From assembly GCA_002364735.1 (NCBI GenBank), contig DEZB01000011.1:65371-129370 (forward strand): a stretch of DNA of 64,000 nucleotides, given 5' to 3'. Below the pieces are notes generated by a model. It was not told where the DNA came from and did no database searches. It was given only the letters and a program-made list of their open reading frames with translations. This document shows, piece after piece, positions 10,260 to 20,022 of the stretch. The DNA comes from Bacteroidales bacterium UBA3143 (GTDB taxonomy: Bacteria > Bacteroidota > Bacteroidia > Bacteroidales > Dysgonomonadaceae). Numbering within the stretch: the first letter of the stretch is position 1; every line of letters begins with the position of its first letter. The position numbers and the translations under genes are program-made.

Positions 10260-11417
10260 ATGAATATTTTATTATCATTATCAGATAATTTATCAACATT
10301 TTGGGAATTTACAGGATTTGCAAATGCAACAGTAGGTCACTTAGTAATGATAGTAATTGGTCTATTCTTCATTTACTTAGCTGTAAAGTATGAATACGAA
10401 CCATTATTATTAGTTCCAATCGGTTTTGGTATTCTCATTGGAAATATCCCATTTGCAGAAGCTGCCAATTTAGGAATTGGAATTTATGAAGAGGGGTCAG
10501 TTTACAACATCCTCTATCAAGGTGTAGTCCAAGGATGGTACCCACCACTCATTTTCATGGGTATTGGTGCTATGACTGACTTTACATCCTTAATATCTAA
10601 TCCGAAATTGATACTTATTGGAGCTGCAGCTCAATTCGGTATATTTGGAGCTTATTTTATAGCTTTACAAACCGGATTTGAACCTAATCAAGCTGGTGCA
10701 ATCGGTATTATTGGTGGTGCAGATGGCCCTACAGCTATTTTCTTAACTTCAAAATTAGCACCTAACTTGTTAGGAGCTGTTGCAATATCAGCCTACTCAT
10801 ACATGGCTTTAATCCCTGTAATTCAACCTCCATTTATGAGATGGTTGACTACAAGTAAAGAACGTGTAATAAGGATGAAAACGCCTCGTGCAGTTTCTCA
10901 AACAGAGAAAATTATTTTTCCAATCTTGGGAATGCTTTTAACAACATTCTTAGTCCCCTCAGGTTTACCTCTATTAGGTATGCTTTTCTTTGGAAACATA
11001 TTGAAAGAATCGGGTGTAACCAGAAGGTTAGCAGAAGCTGCTCGTGGACCAATTATTGATATTGTAACAATCTTATTAGGTGTTACAGTGGGAGCGTCTA
11101 CACAAGCAACTACATTTTTGAAATTTCAATCCGTACAAATATTTGCAATTGGAGCGGTTTCATTTGTGATTGCAACATGTTGTGGAATTCTGTTTGTAAA
11201 ACTGATGAACTTATTCCTGAAAAATGGAGATAAGATTAATCCACTTATAGGAAACTCTGGCGTTTCGGCTGTTCCAGACTCAGCACGCATTTCTCAGCAA
11301 GTTGGTTTAGGATATGATCCAAGTAACTACTTATTGATGCATGCAATGGGACCTAATGTAGCTGGTGTTATCGGTTCTGCGGTTGCAGCTGGTATTCTAC
11401 TTGGCTTCTTGATTTAA
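10260..11417 (+). CDS. mmdB: sodium ion-translocating decarboxylase beta subunit
   Basis: 385 aa polytopic membrane protein of the OadB/MmdB family (GIGAMTDF, GGADGPTAIF, NSGVSAVP). Confidence 0.9.
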   Translation: MNILLSLSDNLSTFWEFTGFANATVGHLVMIVIGLFFIYLAVKYEYEPLLLVPIGFGILIGNIPFAEAANLGIGIYEEGSVYNILYQGVVQGWYPPLIFMGIGAMTDFTSLISNPKLILIGAAAQFGIFGAYFIALQTGFEPNQAGAIGIIGGADGPTAIFLTSKLAPNLLGAVAISAYSYMALIPVIQPPFMRWLTTSKERVIRMKTPRAVSQTEKIIFPILGMLLTTFLVPSGLPLLGMLFFGNILKESGVTRRLAEAARGPIIDIVTILLGVTVGASTQATTFLKFQSVQIFAIGAVSFVIATCCGILFVKLMNLFLKNGDKINPLIGNSGVSAVPDSARISQQVGLGYDPSNYLLMHAMGPNVAGVIGSAVAAGILLGFLI

Positions 11418-11443
11418 AAGAATATCGCAATAATTATATAAAA

Positions 11444-11478
11444 AATCGTGAGCTACTACTGGTTCACGATTTTTTTTG
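11444..11478. terminator. bidirectional rho-independent terminator between the mmd operon and the polysaccharide operon
   Basis: Stem atcgtga (11445..11451) pairs with tcacgat (11464..11470). An A-run lies upstream and a T-run (11471..11477) downstream. It sits between convergent genes. Confidence 0.75.
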
Positions 11479-11543
11479 ATAATTGTCGAGTGATATAAGC
11501 GTTAAAATCATTCGAAAAGATATATACTTAAATATTACTCAGA

Positions 11544-12530
11544 TTACTCTACAACTTTATCTACTCCACTTTTTTCTAATAAATCATTCACAAAAACTTT
11601 TATTGAACGATTATATTTTTTGGAAGGAATATTTTTAATTTCATTATATCTTTTCTTCATATTTGAAATACCATTTTCTTCATTGAGTAAAATGGTATTC
11701 TCCGCATTAAAGTTCCTATCTCTAAATACAAAAGGATTATTCGTGATAATTTTTGTACCACAACTTTGGGCTTCATAACATCTGATAGTAATACCCGACT
11801 GATCTGGATGAGCAAAATCTATAACAAATTCAGAATTGTTTAGAACGTCAATATATTTTTTATAAGTTAACGGTTTAAAGAAAATAAATTCCCGATATTT
11901 AATGTAGAGCAAAGGGTTTCTTAGAAAATTAATGGTGAAAGTGACAATGTTTTGTTCATATATGTAAATGAAGTTTTTAGCATGAGGGAAAGCTGAAATC
12001 ACAAGATCAATAAACTGAAGACGCTCTGAATGATTTCTGGCAATTCCACTAATTCCATAACCTTGTTTTTTATTCTCAATTTTATCGGGAAGTGAACTAA
12101 ACAACTCAATTATTTCAACATTATGCTTTTCGGCATCTCGATAGTCAAAAGTATAAAATGAATCCACATCTTTCATCCATTTTTTTGGAGCAGGGTGATA
12201 TTTAAACGAATCAAACGTGTAACCTATAACTACAGAACAAGACTTCTTAATTTCATTTATCAATGAAGAGCTCATTCCTCGTCCCTTTATAATAATAGCA
12301 AGATTATACTTTTTCCCCTTGAGACAACTATTTATTAAGCGGTGTTTAGTTATCCACAATAGAAAAGGAACTTTAAGCTTCCCCATTATTTTACCAACGG
12401 CATTAGCAGGGTATTCATCATTTGATATAGTGACTTCGTATCCTATTCTGGTTAATTCAGTTTTCAGATATTCTGAATAAGAATAAAAAGAAAGAGGTGC
12501 AATAAGTAGACAGGTTTTTTTTGTAGTCAT
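11544..12530 (-). CDS. hypothetical protein, possibly a CgeB-like/GT1-fold glycosyltransferase (last gene of the polysaccharide operon)
   Basis: 328 aa, no signal peptide. Alternating beta-alpha pattern and C-terminal CYEAQSCGTKIITNN resemble the GT-B C-terminal domain. The family assignment is weak. Confidence 0.35.
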   Translation of the reverse strand: MTTKKTCLLIAPLSFYSYSEYLKTELTRIGYEVTISNDEYPANAVGKIMGKLKVPFLLWITKHRLINSCLKGKKYNLAIIIKGRGMSSSLINEIKKSCSVVIGYTFDSFKYHPAPKKWMKDVDSFYTFDYRDAEKHNVEIIELFSSLPDKIENKKQGYGISGIARNHSERLQFIDLVISAFPHAKNFIYIYEQNIVTFTINFLRNPLLYIKYREFIFFKPLTYKKYIDVLNNSEFVIDFAHPDQSGITIRCYEAQSCGTKIITNNPFVFRDRNFNAENTILLNEENGISNMKKRYNEIKNIPSKKYNRSIKVFVNDLLEKSGVDKVVE

Positions 12531-12552
12531 TTTGGGATAATTAGAAAAAAGA

Positions 12553-13695
12553 TTATTTAAATAAACCTTTTAATTTCATTTCTTCAAGTGACTGATGTGA
12601 ATTGTCACTTTTTACTTCCTGAAGATTAACCCATTGACAAAACAAATATAATCCTTCTTTAAAAGAGTATTGTGGCGTAAAATTCAAATACTTCTTCGCC
12701 AAAGTAAGATCTGCATAGTTATGCCTGATGTCTCCTACACGATAATTACCTGTAATTTTAATTTCAGATTTTGATTTGTAGTAATTTTTCAACAATTCGG
12801 CCACCGTTAAAACATCTGTTGCTTCACCTGAACCAATGTTTATAACTTTATAATCACCATCACTATTAAGAAGACCAGCAATTGTTCCATTAACAACATC
12901 ATCGATAAAAACAAAGTCCCTGCTTTCTTTTCCATCTTCAAAAATATTCAAAGAATTGTTGTTTTTTAATTGAGTACTGAAAATAGACAATATACCTGTA
13001 TACGGATTAGACAAAGATTGCCCTGGCCCATATACATTTTGAAATCTAAATGCGATTGACGGAATGCCTAAGGCCTTACCAACAATAAGCACCATCTGTT
13101 CCTGTGTTTGCTTAGATAAGCCATAGATTGAGGTTGGTTTATACAAGGATTCCTCATCTGTTGGCATCAATGTAACGGATTCTCCACAAAATGGACATTT
13201 ACATTCAAAGTCTTTATTATTCAACTCTTTTTCATTCCTTGCATCGGGATATACAAAGCCATGAGAAACACATTTATACTTACCCTCTCCATAAACAGCA
13301 CGGCTGGAAGCTACAACTAATTTTTCAATATTGTGTGGTTCATTTGTTAGAATATCTAACAAAATAGCTGTACCTATAATATTAACATCATTATATTTCT
13401 CTACTTCATACATTGATTGACCTGTTCCTGTTTCTGCTGCTAAGTGAATCACCATATCTTGACCTTGTAAAGCTTTTTTCCAGTCATCACGATTAGTTAC
13501 ATCTCCTTTAATAAAAATAGCATCGGAAGATAAAATTCTATTAAACGTATATGACATATTATATGGATCTTCTCCATGTATTTGAGTAGATAAACAATCA
13601 AGGATTGTCACTTTAAAACCCATCTCCATTAGTTTGATAGCTATATTAGATCCAATAAAGCCTGCACCTCCACTTATTAAAACTTTTTTATTCAT
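12553..13695 (-). CDS. NAD-dependent sugar-nucleotide epimerase/dehydratase (extended SDR) with a Cys-rich insertion
   Basis: Rossmann motif KVLISGGAGFIGS directly follows M25 of the track ORF, so I use the ATG at 13695. Catalytic YGLSK is present. About 35-40 extra residues (KCVSHG...FECKCPFCG) lie between VYGEG and YGLSK. Confidence 0.8.
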   Translation of the reverse strand: MNKKVLISGGAGFIGSNIAIKLMEMGFKVTILDCLSTQIHGEDPYNMSYTFNRILSSDAIFIKGDVTNRDDWKKALQGQDMVIHLAAETGTGQSMYEVEKYNDVNIIGTAILLDILTNEPHNIEKLVVASSRAVYGEGKYKCVSHGFVYPDARNEKELNNKDFECKCPFCGESVTLMPTDEESLYKPTSIYGLSKQTQEQMVLIVGKALGIPSIAFRFQNVYGPGQSLSNPYTGILSIFSTQLKNNNSLNIFEDGKESRDFVFIDDVVNGTIAGLLNSDGDYKVINIGSGEATDVLTVAELLKNYYKSKSEIKITGNYRVGDIRHNYADLTLAKKYLNFTPQYSFKEGLYLFCQWVNLQEVKSDNSHQSLEEMKLKGLFK

Positions 13696-13910
13696 TATTA
13701 TTTTAATCCAATTATATTTATATTCGTAACGATTATAATTTATAGTATTTTTTAAAAGTAAATTCAAACATACAAACTCATCTCTATAAAATAGAGCTAT
13801 AGAATTCTAAACAAAAGAGTGGGCTAAATTAAAATTTAAACCGATTGTTTATATTATTGAAATAGTAGCGTCAATTGAGAAAGTCGCTATTAATTATGAG
13901 AAAAAAAGGA

Positions 13911-14792
13911 TTAATATTTAGCTTCTCGATTATTCCTATCAAAATCATTTATAATAGATACTGTACTTTCAATATTACTCTTTGAGGATGCACCAAATAA
14001 AATAGACTCGATATTTGGTAATTTAGCAACATACTCTAAAGCTTCTTTTGGTGGAATGGCACCACCACCTAATACCTGCATTGCAATAGCGCGCACCTTT
14101 CTGTTTTTAAGAGTATCTTCATAGATTTCTTTTCCTCCAGACATACGAAAGTTTACTTTGTTTATAGAAGAACATATTATCGGGTTTGTAATTCCAACTG
14201 ATTCTAAAGAGTCTAACAGCATTGGCATATTCATTGTTATATAACCTGGTTCAGCATTATATTTCTTACGAATATAATCATCAAACGCTTTCAAAACGCC
14301 AGACATACCTAAGCCTAACAAAAGATCTGTAATAACGTTTTGTAAAAAGATTACAGGAGTATCAATACCTTTAAACATTTTCATTTCAGCATCAATCAAT
14401 AGTTCCATGATTGAAAGATAATCTTTAGAGACTACAGCCATGCCACCTTTGAACATTGATCCAAAAAAGTTTCCTGGTACATATTGCTTAATGGTTCCTT
14501 GTATACCTAGTTCAGTCATTGCATTAGCATATTTATGAGCGTAAGGCATACATGGATAAATCTTAAAACCTTTATACTTTTTACTATCGGCTCTTATAAC
14601 ATCACATATTTGAGCAATTCTATCATGTGTTGTACACATGAAAGTATTGATTCCTGCTTCTATCGCATAGTCCAAAGCTTTGATTATTGCTGCATCATCT
14701 TTAAACTTTATAGATTGAGCTCTTGATTTTTCATCGGATATATGATTTACCGCAAAAAATTGATTATCTCCATACAAAATTCTCTCCATCAT
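13911..14792 (-). CDS. hypothetical protein with a predicted alpha/beta (TIM-barrel-like) fold, unknown family
   Basis: 293 aa intact ORF in the operon. Its start overlaps the stop of the upstream oxidoreductase by 4 nt. I recognise no motif. Confidence 0.4.
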   Translation of the reverse strand: MMERILYGDNQFFAVNHISDEKSRAQSIKFKDDAAIIKALDYAIEAGINTFMCTTHDRIAQICDVIRADSKKYKGFKIYPCMPYAHKYANAMTELGIQGTIKQYVPGNFFGSMFKGGMAVVSKDYLSIMELLIDAEMKMFKGIDTPVIFLQNVITDLLLGLGMSGVLKAFDDYIRKKYNAEPGYITMNMPMLLDSLESVGITNPIICSSINKVNFRMSGGKEIYEDTLKNRKVRAIAMQVLGGGAIPPKEALEYVAKLPNIESILFGASSKSNIESTVSIINDFDRNNREAKY

Positions 14793-15811
14793 GAAATATA
14801 TTGTTTTGAATTGTTCCTAATTTTTGAAATAGCTCTATCAGTAAGCAAAGCACTTTTAAAAGTATTAATGGTATTAGGAACTTTCCCCATTACAGCATTA
14901 ATAAAATAATCGATTTGTGCAGAATATTCTTCACCTCTCAGATAAAAGTCAACTTGCATAGTAAGATCGGTAACATATTTTATATTCCATCCTTTACTAT
15001 ATCCTGAGGGATTATTATCATCTTTAAAATACACCTTCAACTGAGTTGCATCAGATATGATCTTCCCTTTAGTACCAATTATAGTAATTGTAGTTGTCAT
15101 TTTCCTATATGTTTCATCACTCCAATTTACAGAAAGTACTCCTGTCACTTTATTAGATAATTCAAGAATAGAATATACAGCATCATCAACATATTTGGAA
15201 TAAATTGATTTAATAGATGAACCTCTGGCACTGTCTATTGGGGCAATCAAGTCGTTTATTAAATCAATAACATGTGATGCATAATCCATTAAACAACCAC
15301 CACCTTCCGAAGGCTTTGAACGCCAAGTATCTTGTTCTTTTTTTAATACAACAGGTCCATAAGCTTCACCAGTAAAATGGTATATATCACCTAAATGACC
15401 CCCATTAATTATCTTCTTTACTTCTTGAAACGTACCTAAAAATTTATTATGATAACCTACTTGGTTGATTAAATTGTGAGAGTCAGCTAATGCCACAAGC
15501 TCTTCACCTTCATCGGTTGACAAACAAAAAGGTTTTTCTGCAAATATATGGATATCTCTTTCGATTAATTTTTTTATAACATCAAAGTGAAAACGAGTAG
15601 GAACCGCAACAAAAACAGCATCTGGTTTAACCTCATCAATCATTTTTATATAATCGGTATAACAAGGAAACTTAGTGTATTTTTCAAGCATTCCTAAAAC
15701 TATTTTTGAGGTATCAGAAACCCCGACAAGATTAACATCGGGGTGAGCGCCAAGAATTGATAAGTGGGAAATTCCCATCTTCCCAGCACCTATTAAAGCA
15801 ACTTTAATCAT
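14789..15811 (-). CDS. Gfo/Idh/MocA family NAD(P)-dependent sugar oxidoreductase
   Basis: 340 aa. N-terminal Rossmann motif MIKVALIGAGKMGISH and the family EKP motif (FAEKPF). Confidence 0.8.
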   Translation of the reverse strand: MIKVALIGAGKMGISHLSILGAHPDVNLVGVSDTSKIVLGMLEKYTKFPCYTDYIKMIDEVKPDAVFVAVPTRFHFDVIKKLIERDIHIFAEKPFCLSTDEGEELVALADSHNLINQVGYHNKFLGTFQEVKKIINGGHLGDIYHFTGEAYGPVVLKKEQDTWRSKPSEGGGCLMDYASHVIDLINDLIAPIDSARGSSIKSIYSKYVDDAVYSILELSNKVTGVLSVNWSDETYRKMTTTITIIGTKGKIISDATQLKVYFKDDNNPSGYSKGWNIKYVTDLTMQVDFYLRGEEYSAQIDYFINAVMGKVPNTINTFKSALLTDRAISKIRNNSKQYIS

Positions 15812-15961
15812 AACTAAACTTTTATTGATTTTAATATGTATGTTAGTGACATAAATGTGTATGTACTTATTTTTTATTCAAACTATCATAAAATACTACC
15901 TTTCTTGGATCAAGCACGATTAGAAATTCATTGTAGAATTAAGATGAATAACCAATATATT

Positions 15962-17338
15962 TTATTGTGCATTTGCATAAGAATCTTTCCCAAAAACAGT
16001 AAGATATATAATTTTTAAATCCCACCAAAAATCCCAGTTCTTTAGGTACTCCATGTCATAGTCTACTCTTTTTTCCATTTTCCATAGTTCATCTGTCAAA
16101 CCTCTATATCCATTCACTTGCGCCCATCCAGTTACACCAGGTTTTACATAATGTCTGACTTTATAATAATTTATTAATGCCGAATATTGATCTGTATGTT
16201 TCAACATGTGAGGACGAGGACCAACAACTGACATTTCGCCTAATAATACATTGATAAATTGAGGAAACTCATCGATGTTATATTTTCTCAATATTGCGCC
16301 CACTTTACTAATTCTTGAATCATTTGCTTGCGCCTGTTTTTTATCGGCATCCTCATTCACCTGCATTGTTCTAAACTTTATACAGTTAAATATTTTATTA
16401 TCAATTCCTGTTCGTTTTTGAAGAAAAAAAACAGGGCCTTTAGAATCTAATTTTATTAAGAGAGCAACTATTGGAAATAACCAACTAAAAAGAAAAAAGA
16501 TTACAAGTGAAGAAAAAACAACATCAAATGCTCGTTTAAAAAAACGATTTGAAAAATTATCCAAGGGAATTTCTTGCGGATTATAAATAGCAAGTGAACT
16601 TACGAAATCAGCATCATTTAATCTTCTTTCATTCCAGTAAGTGTTCATCATTACATATCTTGCTTTCACGCCAACTTTATTACATAAACCAAGAAGTTTT
16701 CGTGCATTTTCAACTTCAAAATATTTTGAAGGAGTAACAAAAATTTTCTTTATTCCATGTTTAACTGTCAATATCTCTATATCATCTATTTTACCTAAAA
16801 TTGAGATATCATTCCTATCATAGTCTTCTGTATCCGCAATATAACCAAGTAAATTAAAACCAAGTGTAGGGTTTTTTTCTAATAAATAACCCAAAAGCAC
16901 ATCTGTTTCGCGAAGTCCTAATATAACTACATTGCGTTGAAACTTGCCTTTCTTTCGAACATAACTCAAATACTTGTATAGGATATAAAATACTGTAATC
17001 TTTAGGATATAAAATAAGCCAACGTATTGTAGTAGAAATCGCAAAGAATAGTTTTCTGGTAAGAAAACCTGAGCTAAAATCAACAGAAAAAAAACAAAAA
17101 CACCCATTCTTAAAGTAATATGTTTTACACGACTTCTGTAATTATCTGAAAAATAATAATTCCTTTTAGAATAGAGTGTATAAGCAATAATTTCTGCTAT
17201 TGCTGCATGTAACAAGTACAAATTTTGATTAACTGAAGTAATTGGATTGAAGTACATAATTGCAAAAACTGCCACAAAAAGCAGCGTAATATCCAATATG
17301 AGAAATAAAAACCTCAACCCTTTGTTTTCTGGTTGCAT
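15962..17338 (-). CDS. undecaprenyl-phosphate hexose-1-phosphate transferase (WbaP/WcaJ-like initiating sugar transferase)
   Basis: 458 aa. Four or five N-terminal TM helices. C-terminal bacterial sugar transferase domain with KRAFD, DEFPQFINVLLGEMSVVGPRP and PGVTGWAQV. Confidence 0.85.
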   Translation of the reverse strand: MQPENKGLRFLFLILDITLLFVAVFAIMYFNPITSVNQNLYLLHAAIAEIIAYTLYSKRNYYFSDNYRSRVKHITLRMGVFVFFLLILAQVFLPENYSLRFLLQYVGLFYILKITVFYILYKYLSYVRKKGKFQRNVVILGLRETDVLLGYLLEKNPTLGFNLLGYIADTEDYDRNDISILGKIDDIEILTVKHGIKKIFVTPSKYFEVENARKLLGLCNKVGVKARYVMMNTYWNERRLNDADFVSSLAIYNPQEIPLDNFSNRFFKRAFDVVFSSLVIFFLFSWLFPIVALLIKLDSKGPVFFLQKRTGIDNKIFNCIKFRTMQVNEDADKKQAQANDSRISKVGAILRKYNIDEFPQFINVLLGEMSVVGPRPHMLKHTDQYSALINYYKVRHYVKPGVTGWAQVNGYRGLTDELWKMEKRVDYDMEYLKNWDFWWDLKIIYLTVFGKDSYANAQ

Positions 17339-17671
17339 AAGTTAGTGTTTTAAATAAAATAAGCCTAAAACAATAAAGAAAGATACCTTTTAGTACTAAT
17401 TGATTATTATAATTTTAGTCATGATTATTAATAAGTTCTTTTCATAGTTCTCTTAAACCAATTTTTAAAGAAAAAGTTTCCGTTCATATAAAATTAATTT
17501 AGTTGTTTTGTCTTTCTGGTAAACGTCTAAAAAAATATCTTTACTTACAGCATCATAACAAATATACAAATACAAAGTTTATTGAATTTAATATTTAACA
17601 CCCTATTAAAAAGTCAAATTCCCAAAAATCAAAAACTGATCAGAAAAACAAAGTGTCATCATCTAACATTT

Positions 17672-18454
17672 TTAAGAAAAATATAATTTCCCCTCATCAG
17701 AAATCTTCCATTGATCAAAACCTTTTTCTTTCCATGGTAAACCTCTATCAAATTTGTATGGCCATGGATAGTGTGGACCTTTGTTATCTTTTGACCATAA
17801 ATGGTTTACCTTACCAATTCTTACAGCAGGATTACCAGCATGAAATTCATAGTCTTCTACATTTTTCGTTACAAGAGACTTTGCTCCTATTAAACAATGT
17901 TTTCCTATAGAAAGACCTGGTAAAATAACAGCACCCGCTGCAATTTGCGAAAAATCATCAACCGATGTACCAATTAGATGGTTTGATGGTGGAAGTAAGT
18001 CATTAGTAAAAACCACCATTGGGTAAATAAAAATAAAGTTCTTAAAAGTACATTTACTGGCAATTTGTACATGACTATTTAATCGACAATAATCGCCAAA
18101 GGTGACATTACCTTGAATATCACTGAAAGTACCAACTATACAATTCTTACCAAACACAGTATTTTCTCTTATTGATACCGTGTTACCAGTAGTAAAGGAA
18201 TCTCCAAATATACTGCCTGAGTATAATATTGAGCCGCTTCTTATCAATGAATTAGAACCAATTATAGTCTTAGGATTTACATAGTTCTCACTGTAATAAG
18301 AATCCACCCCTGGCTCTCCAATAATACAATTTTCGCAAATTGTTGAATTATCGCCAATAACAACATTATCATGAATAATAGCATGGTCTCCAATTCTTAC
18401 ATTATTCCCAATTATTGCAGAAGAACTAACAATAAAATTATTTTTGAATCTCAT
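17672..18454 (-). CDS. left-handed beta-helix (hexapeptide repeat) acyl/acetyltransferase with a C-terminal extension
   Basis: 260 aa. Repeated [LIV]G-x4 hexapeptides run along most of the length. A Trp/Pro-rich tail (PHYPWPYKFDRGLPWKEKG) follows. Confidence 0.75.
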   Translation of the reverse strand: MRFKNNFIVSSSAIIGNNVRIGDHAIIHDNVVIGDNSTICENCIIGEPGVDSYYSENYVNPKTIIGSNSLIRSGSILYSGSIFGDSFTTGNTVSIRENTVFGKNCIVGTFSDIQGNVTFGDYCRLNSHVQIASKCTFKNFIFIYPMVVFTNDLLPPSNHLIGTSVDDFSQIAAGAVILPGLSIGKHCLIGAKSLVTKNVEDYEFHAGNPAVRIGKVNHLWSKDNKGPHYPWPYKFDRGLPWKEKGFDQWKISDEGKLYFS

Positions 18455-18486
18455 TTTTTGATCACTTTAAATTTGTCTACAGATAT

Positions 18487-19971
18487 TTATAAACTACAAT
18501 TTGAATTTATTTTTTTACCACTTGATGTCACATCAAATTTTATAGAGAATTCAAATATTTGAGGAAGCTTATAAACAGCTAATTTTTCACGACACAATTT
18601 CATTAGCTTCTTTTCTAATTCAATCCTATTTGTATATTCATTTATAACAATTAGCGCTTTAATAGCTTCTCCATAAACATCATTTTCTACAGCGTATATG
18701 GTACAATCAATAACTTCTGGATCTAACACCAGAACCTCTTCAATTTCTTTCGGACTAATGCGATTTCCTCTTACTTTAATAATGTTTTTTCTCCTTGAAG
18801 TAATAAAAATACAGCCATCATTATCTATGTATCCTAAATCTCCAGTGTGTAACCATCCATTTTTAAGCACTTCATTAGTTCCTTTTATATCTCGATAATA
18901 ACCCTTCATAATATTAGCCCCAGAAGCAACTATTTCTCCGATTTCATTAATATCTAAAACGCTGTTTTCATGATCAACCACCTTTAAAATTACGTTTGGA
19001 ATAGCATTTCCAATAGATCCAATTTTTATTTTTAATAATTCTGGAGACAAATAAGCCAATCTTGCGGTTGCTTCTGTTTGACCATACATTACAAAGAAAT
19101 CAACAGTTGGAAAAGCATTAATAAACTCTATAATAAATGCTTCATGTAAGTTTCCACCTGCTTGTGTTACATATCTTAAAAAAGGGAAATCCGTTTTTGC
19201 AAAAGTTTGAGACTTTCGTAGTAGCATTTGATAATGACTTGGTACACCTGAAAATCCAGTACACCTATATTTTTTTAGATCATCTATTACTGATCCTAAT
19301 AACATAAAGTTGTTATTAAAAACTATGGACGCTCCTACTTTCAAATGTGTGTGGAAAACTGATAATCCATAGCAATAATAAAGTGGAAGTACTAAAAGGA
19401 TTGTGTCATCTGATTTTAACTTCAAATAAGCCAAGATCGATTCTGTGTTAGCTCGAAGATTTAAGTGAGTAAGCATCACTCCTTTAGGTTTACCTGTTGA
19501 TCCTGATGTAAATATTATTTCAGCTAAACGATTGTCATCAAATGATGTTTGTTTAAGTACATCTTCTTTTAAAATAACTTCTTGACAGTTTGTAATTATT
19601 TCATTAAGCGTTGATTCATCAATTTTTTCTGTATTTATATCAATATCGGATCTTAATTTATTTGAAATAAACACCAATTTAGATTCAGTTAATTCTTCTA
19701 TATATTTATAGTTTATAGGTTCAATTCCAGGATTAATTGGGACACAAACATTACCTGATTTAATTATTGCCAAATAACTTGTTATAAAGAAGATTGAATT
19801 ATTACTAAGAAGTATCATTTGATTATTTTCTCCAAATCTATTTCTAAGATAATATGCAAGCAACATACTATTACTATATAAAGTATTTAAAGAAAAACCT
19901 TTCGATTCACTTAAAATAAAATTTTTAGTAGATTCCTTGTTTTCTGAAAATAAATAATCAAAAAAATTCAT
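18487..19971 (-). CDS. adenylate-forming enzyme (AMP-dependent ligase, DltA/acyl-carrier-protein ligase-like)
   Basis: 494 aa. Motifs IIFTSGSTGKPKGVMLTH, YGQTE, TGDLGYID, and RRKNIIKVRGNRISPKEIE with a C-terminal GK. Confidence 0.85.
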   Translation of the reverse strand: MNFFDYLFSENKESTKNFILSESKGFSLNTLYSNSMLLAYYLRNRFGENNQMILLSNNSIFFITSYLAIIKSGNVCVPINPGIEPINYKYIEELTESKLVFISNKLRSDIDINTEKIDESTLNEIITNCQEVILKEDVLKQTSFDDNRLAEIIFTSGSTGKPKGVMLTHLNLRANTESILAYLKLKSDDTILLVLPLYYCYGLSVFHTHLKVGASIVFNNNFMLLGSVIDDLKKYRCTGFSGVPSHYQMLLRKSQTFAKTDFPFLRYVTQAGGNLHEAFIIEFINAFPTVDFFVMYGQTEATARLAYLSPELLKIKIGSIGNAIPNVILKVVDHENSVLDINEIGEIVASGANIMKGYYRDIKGTNEVLKNGWLHTGDLGYIDNDGCIFITSRRKNIIKVRGNRISPKEIEEVLVLDPEVIDCTIYAVENDVYGEAIKALIVINEYTNRIELEKKLMKLCREKLAVYKLPQIFEFSIKFDVTSSGKKINSNCSL

Positions 19972-20022
19972 TATCGTCTCTTTATTATGGTAAATTTATT
20001 GTTTTAGTCCTCCATATTAGTT

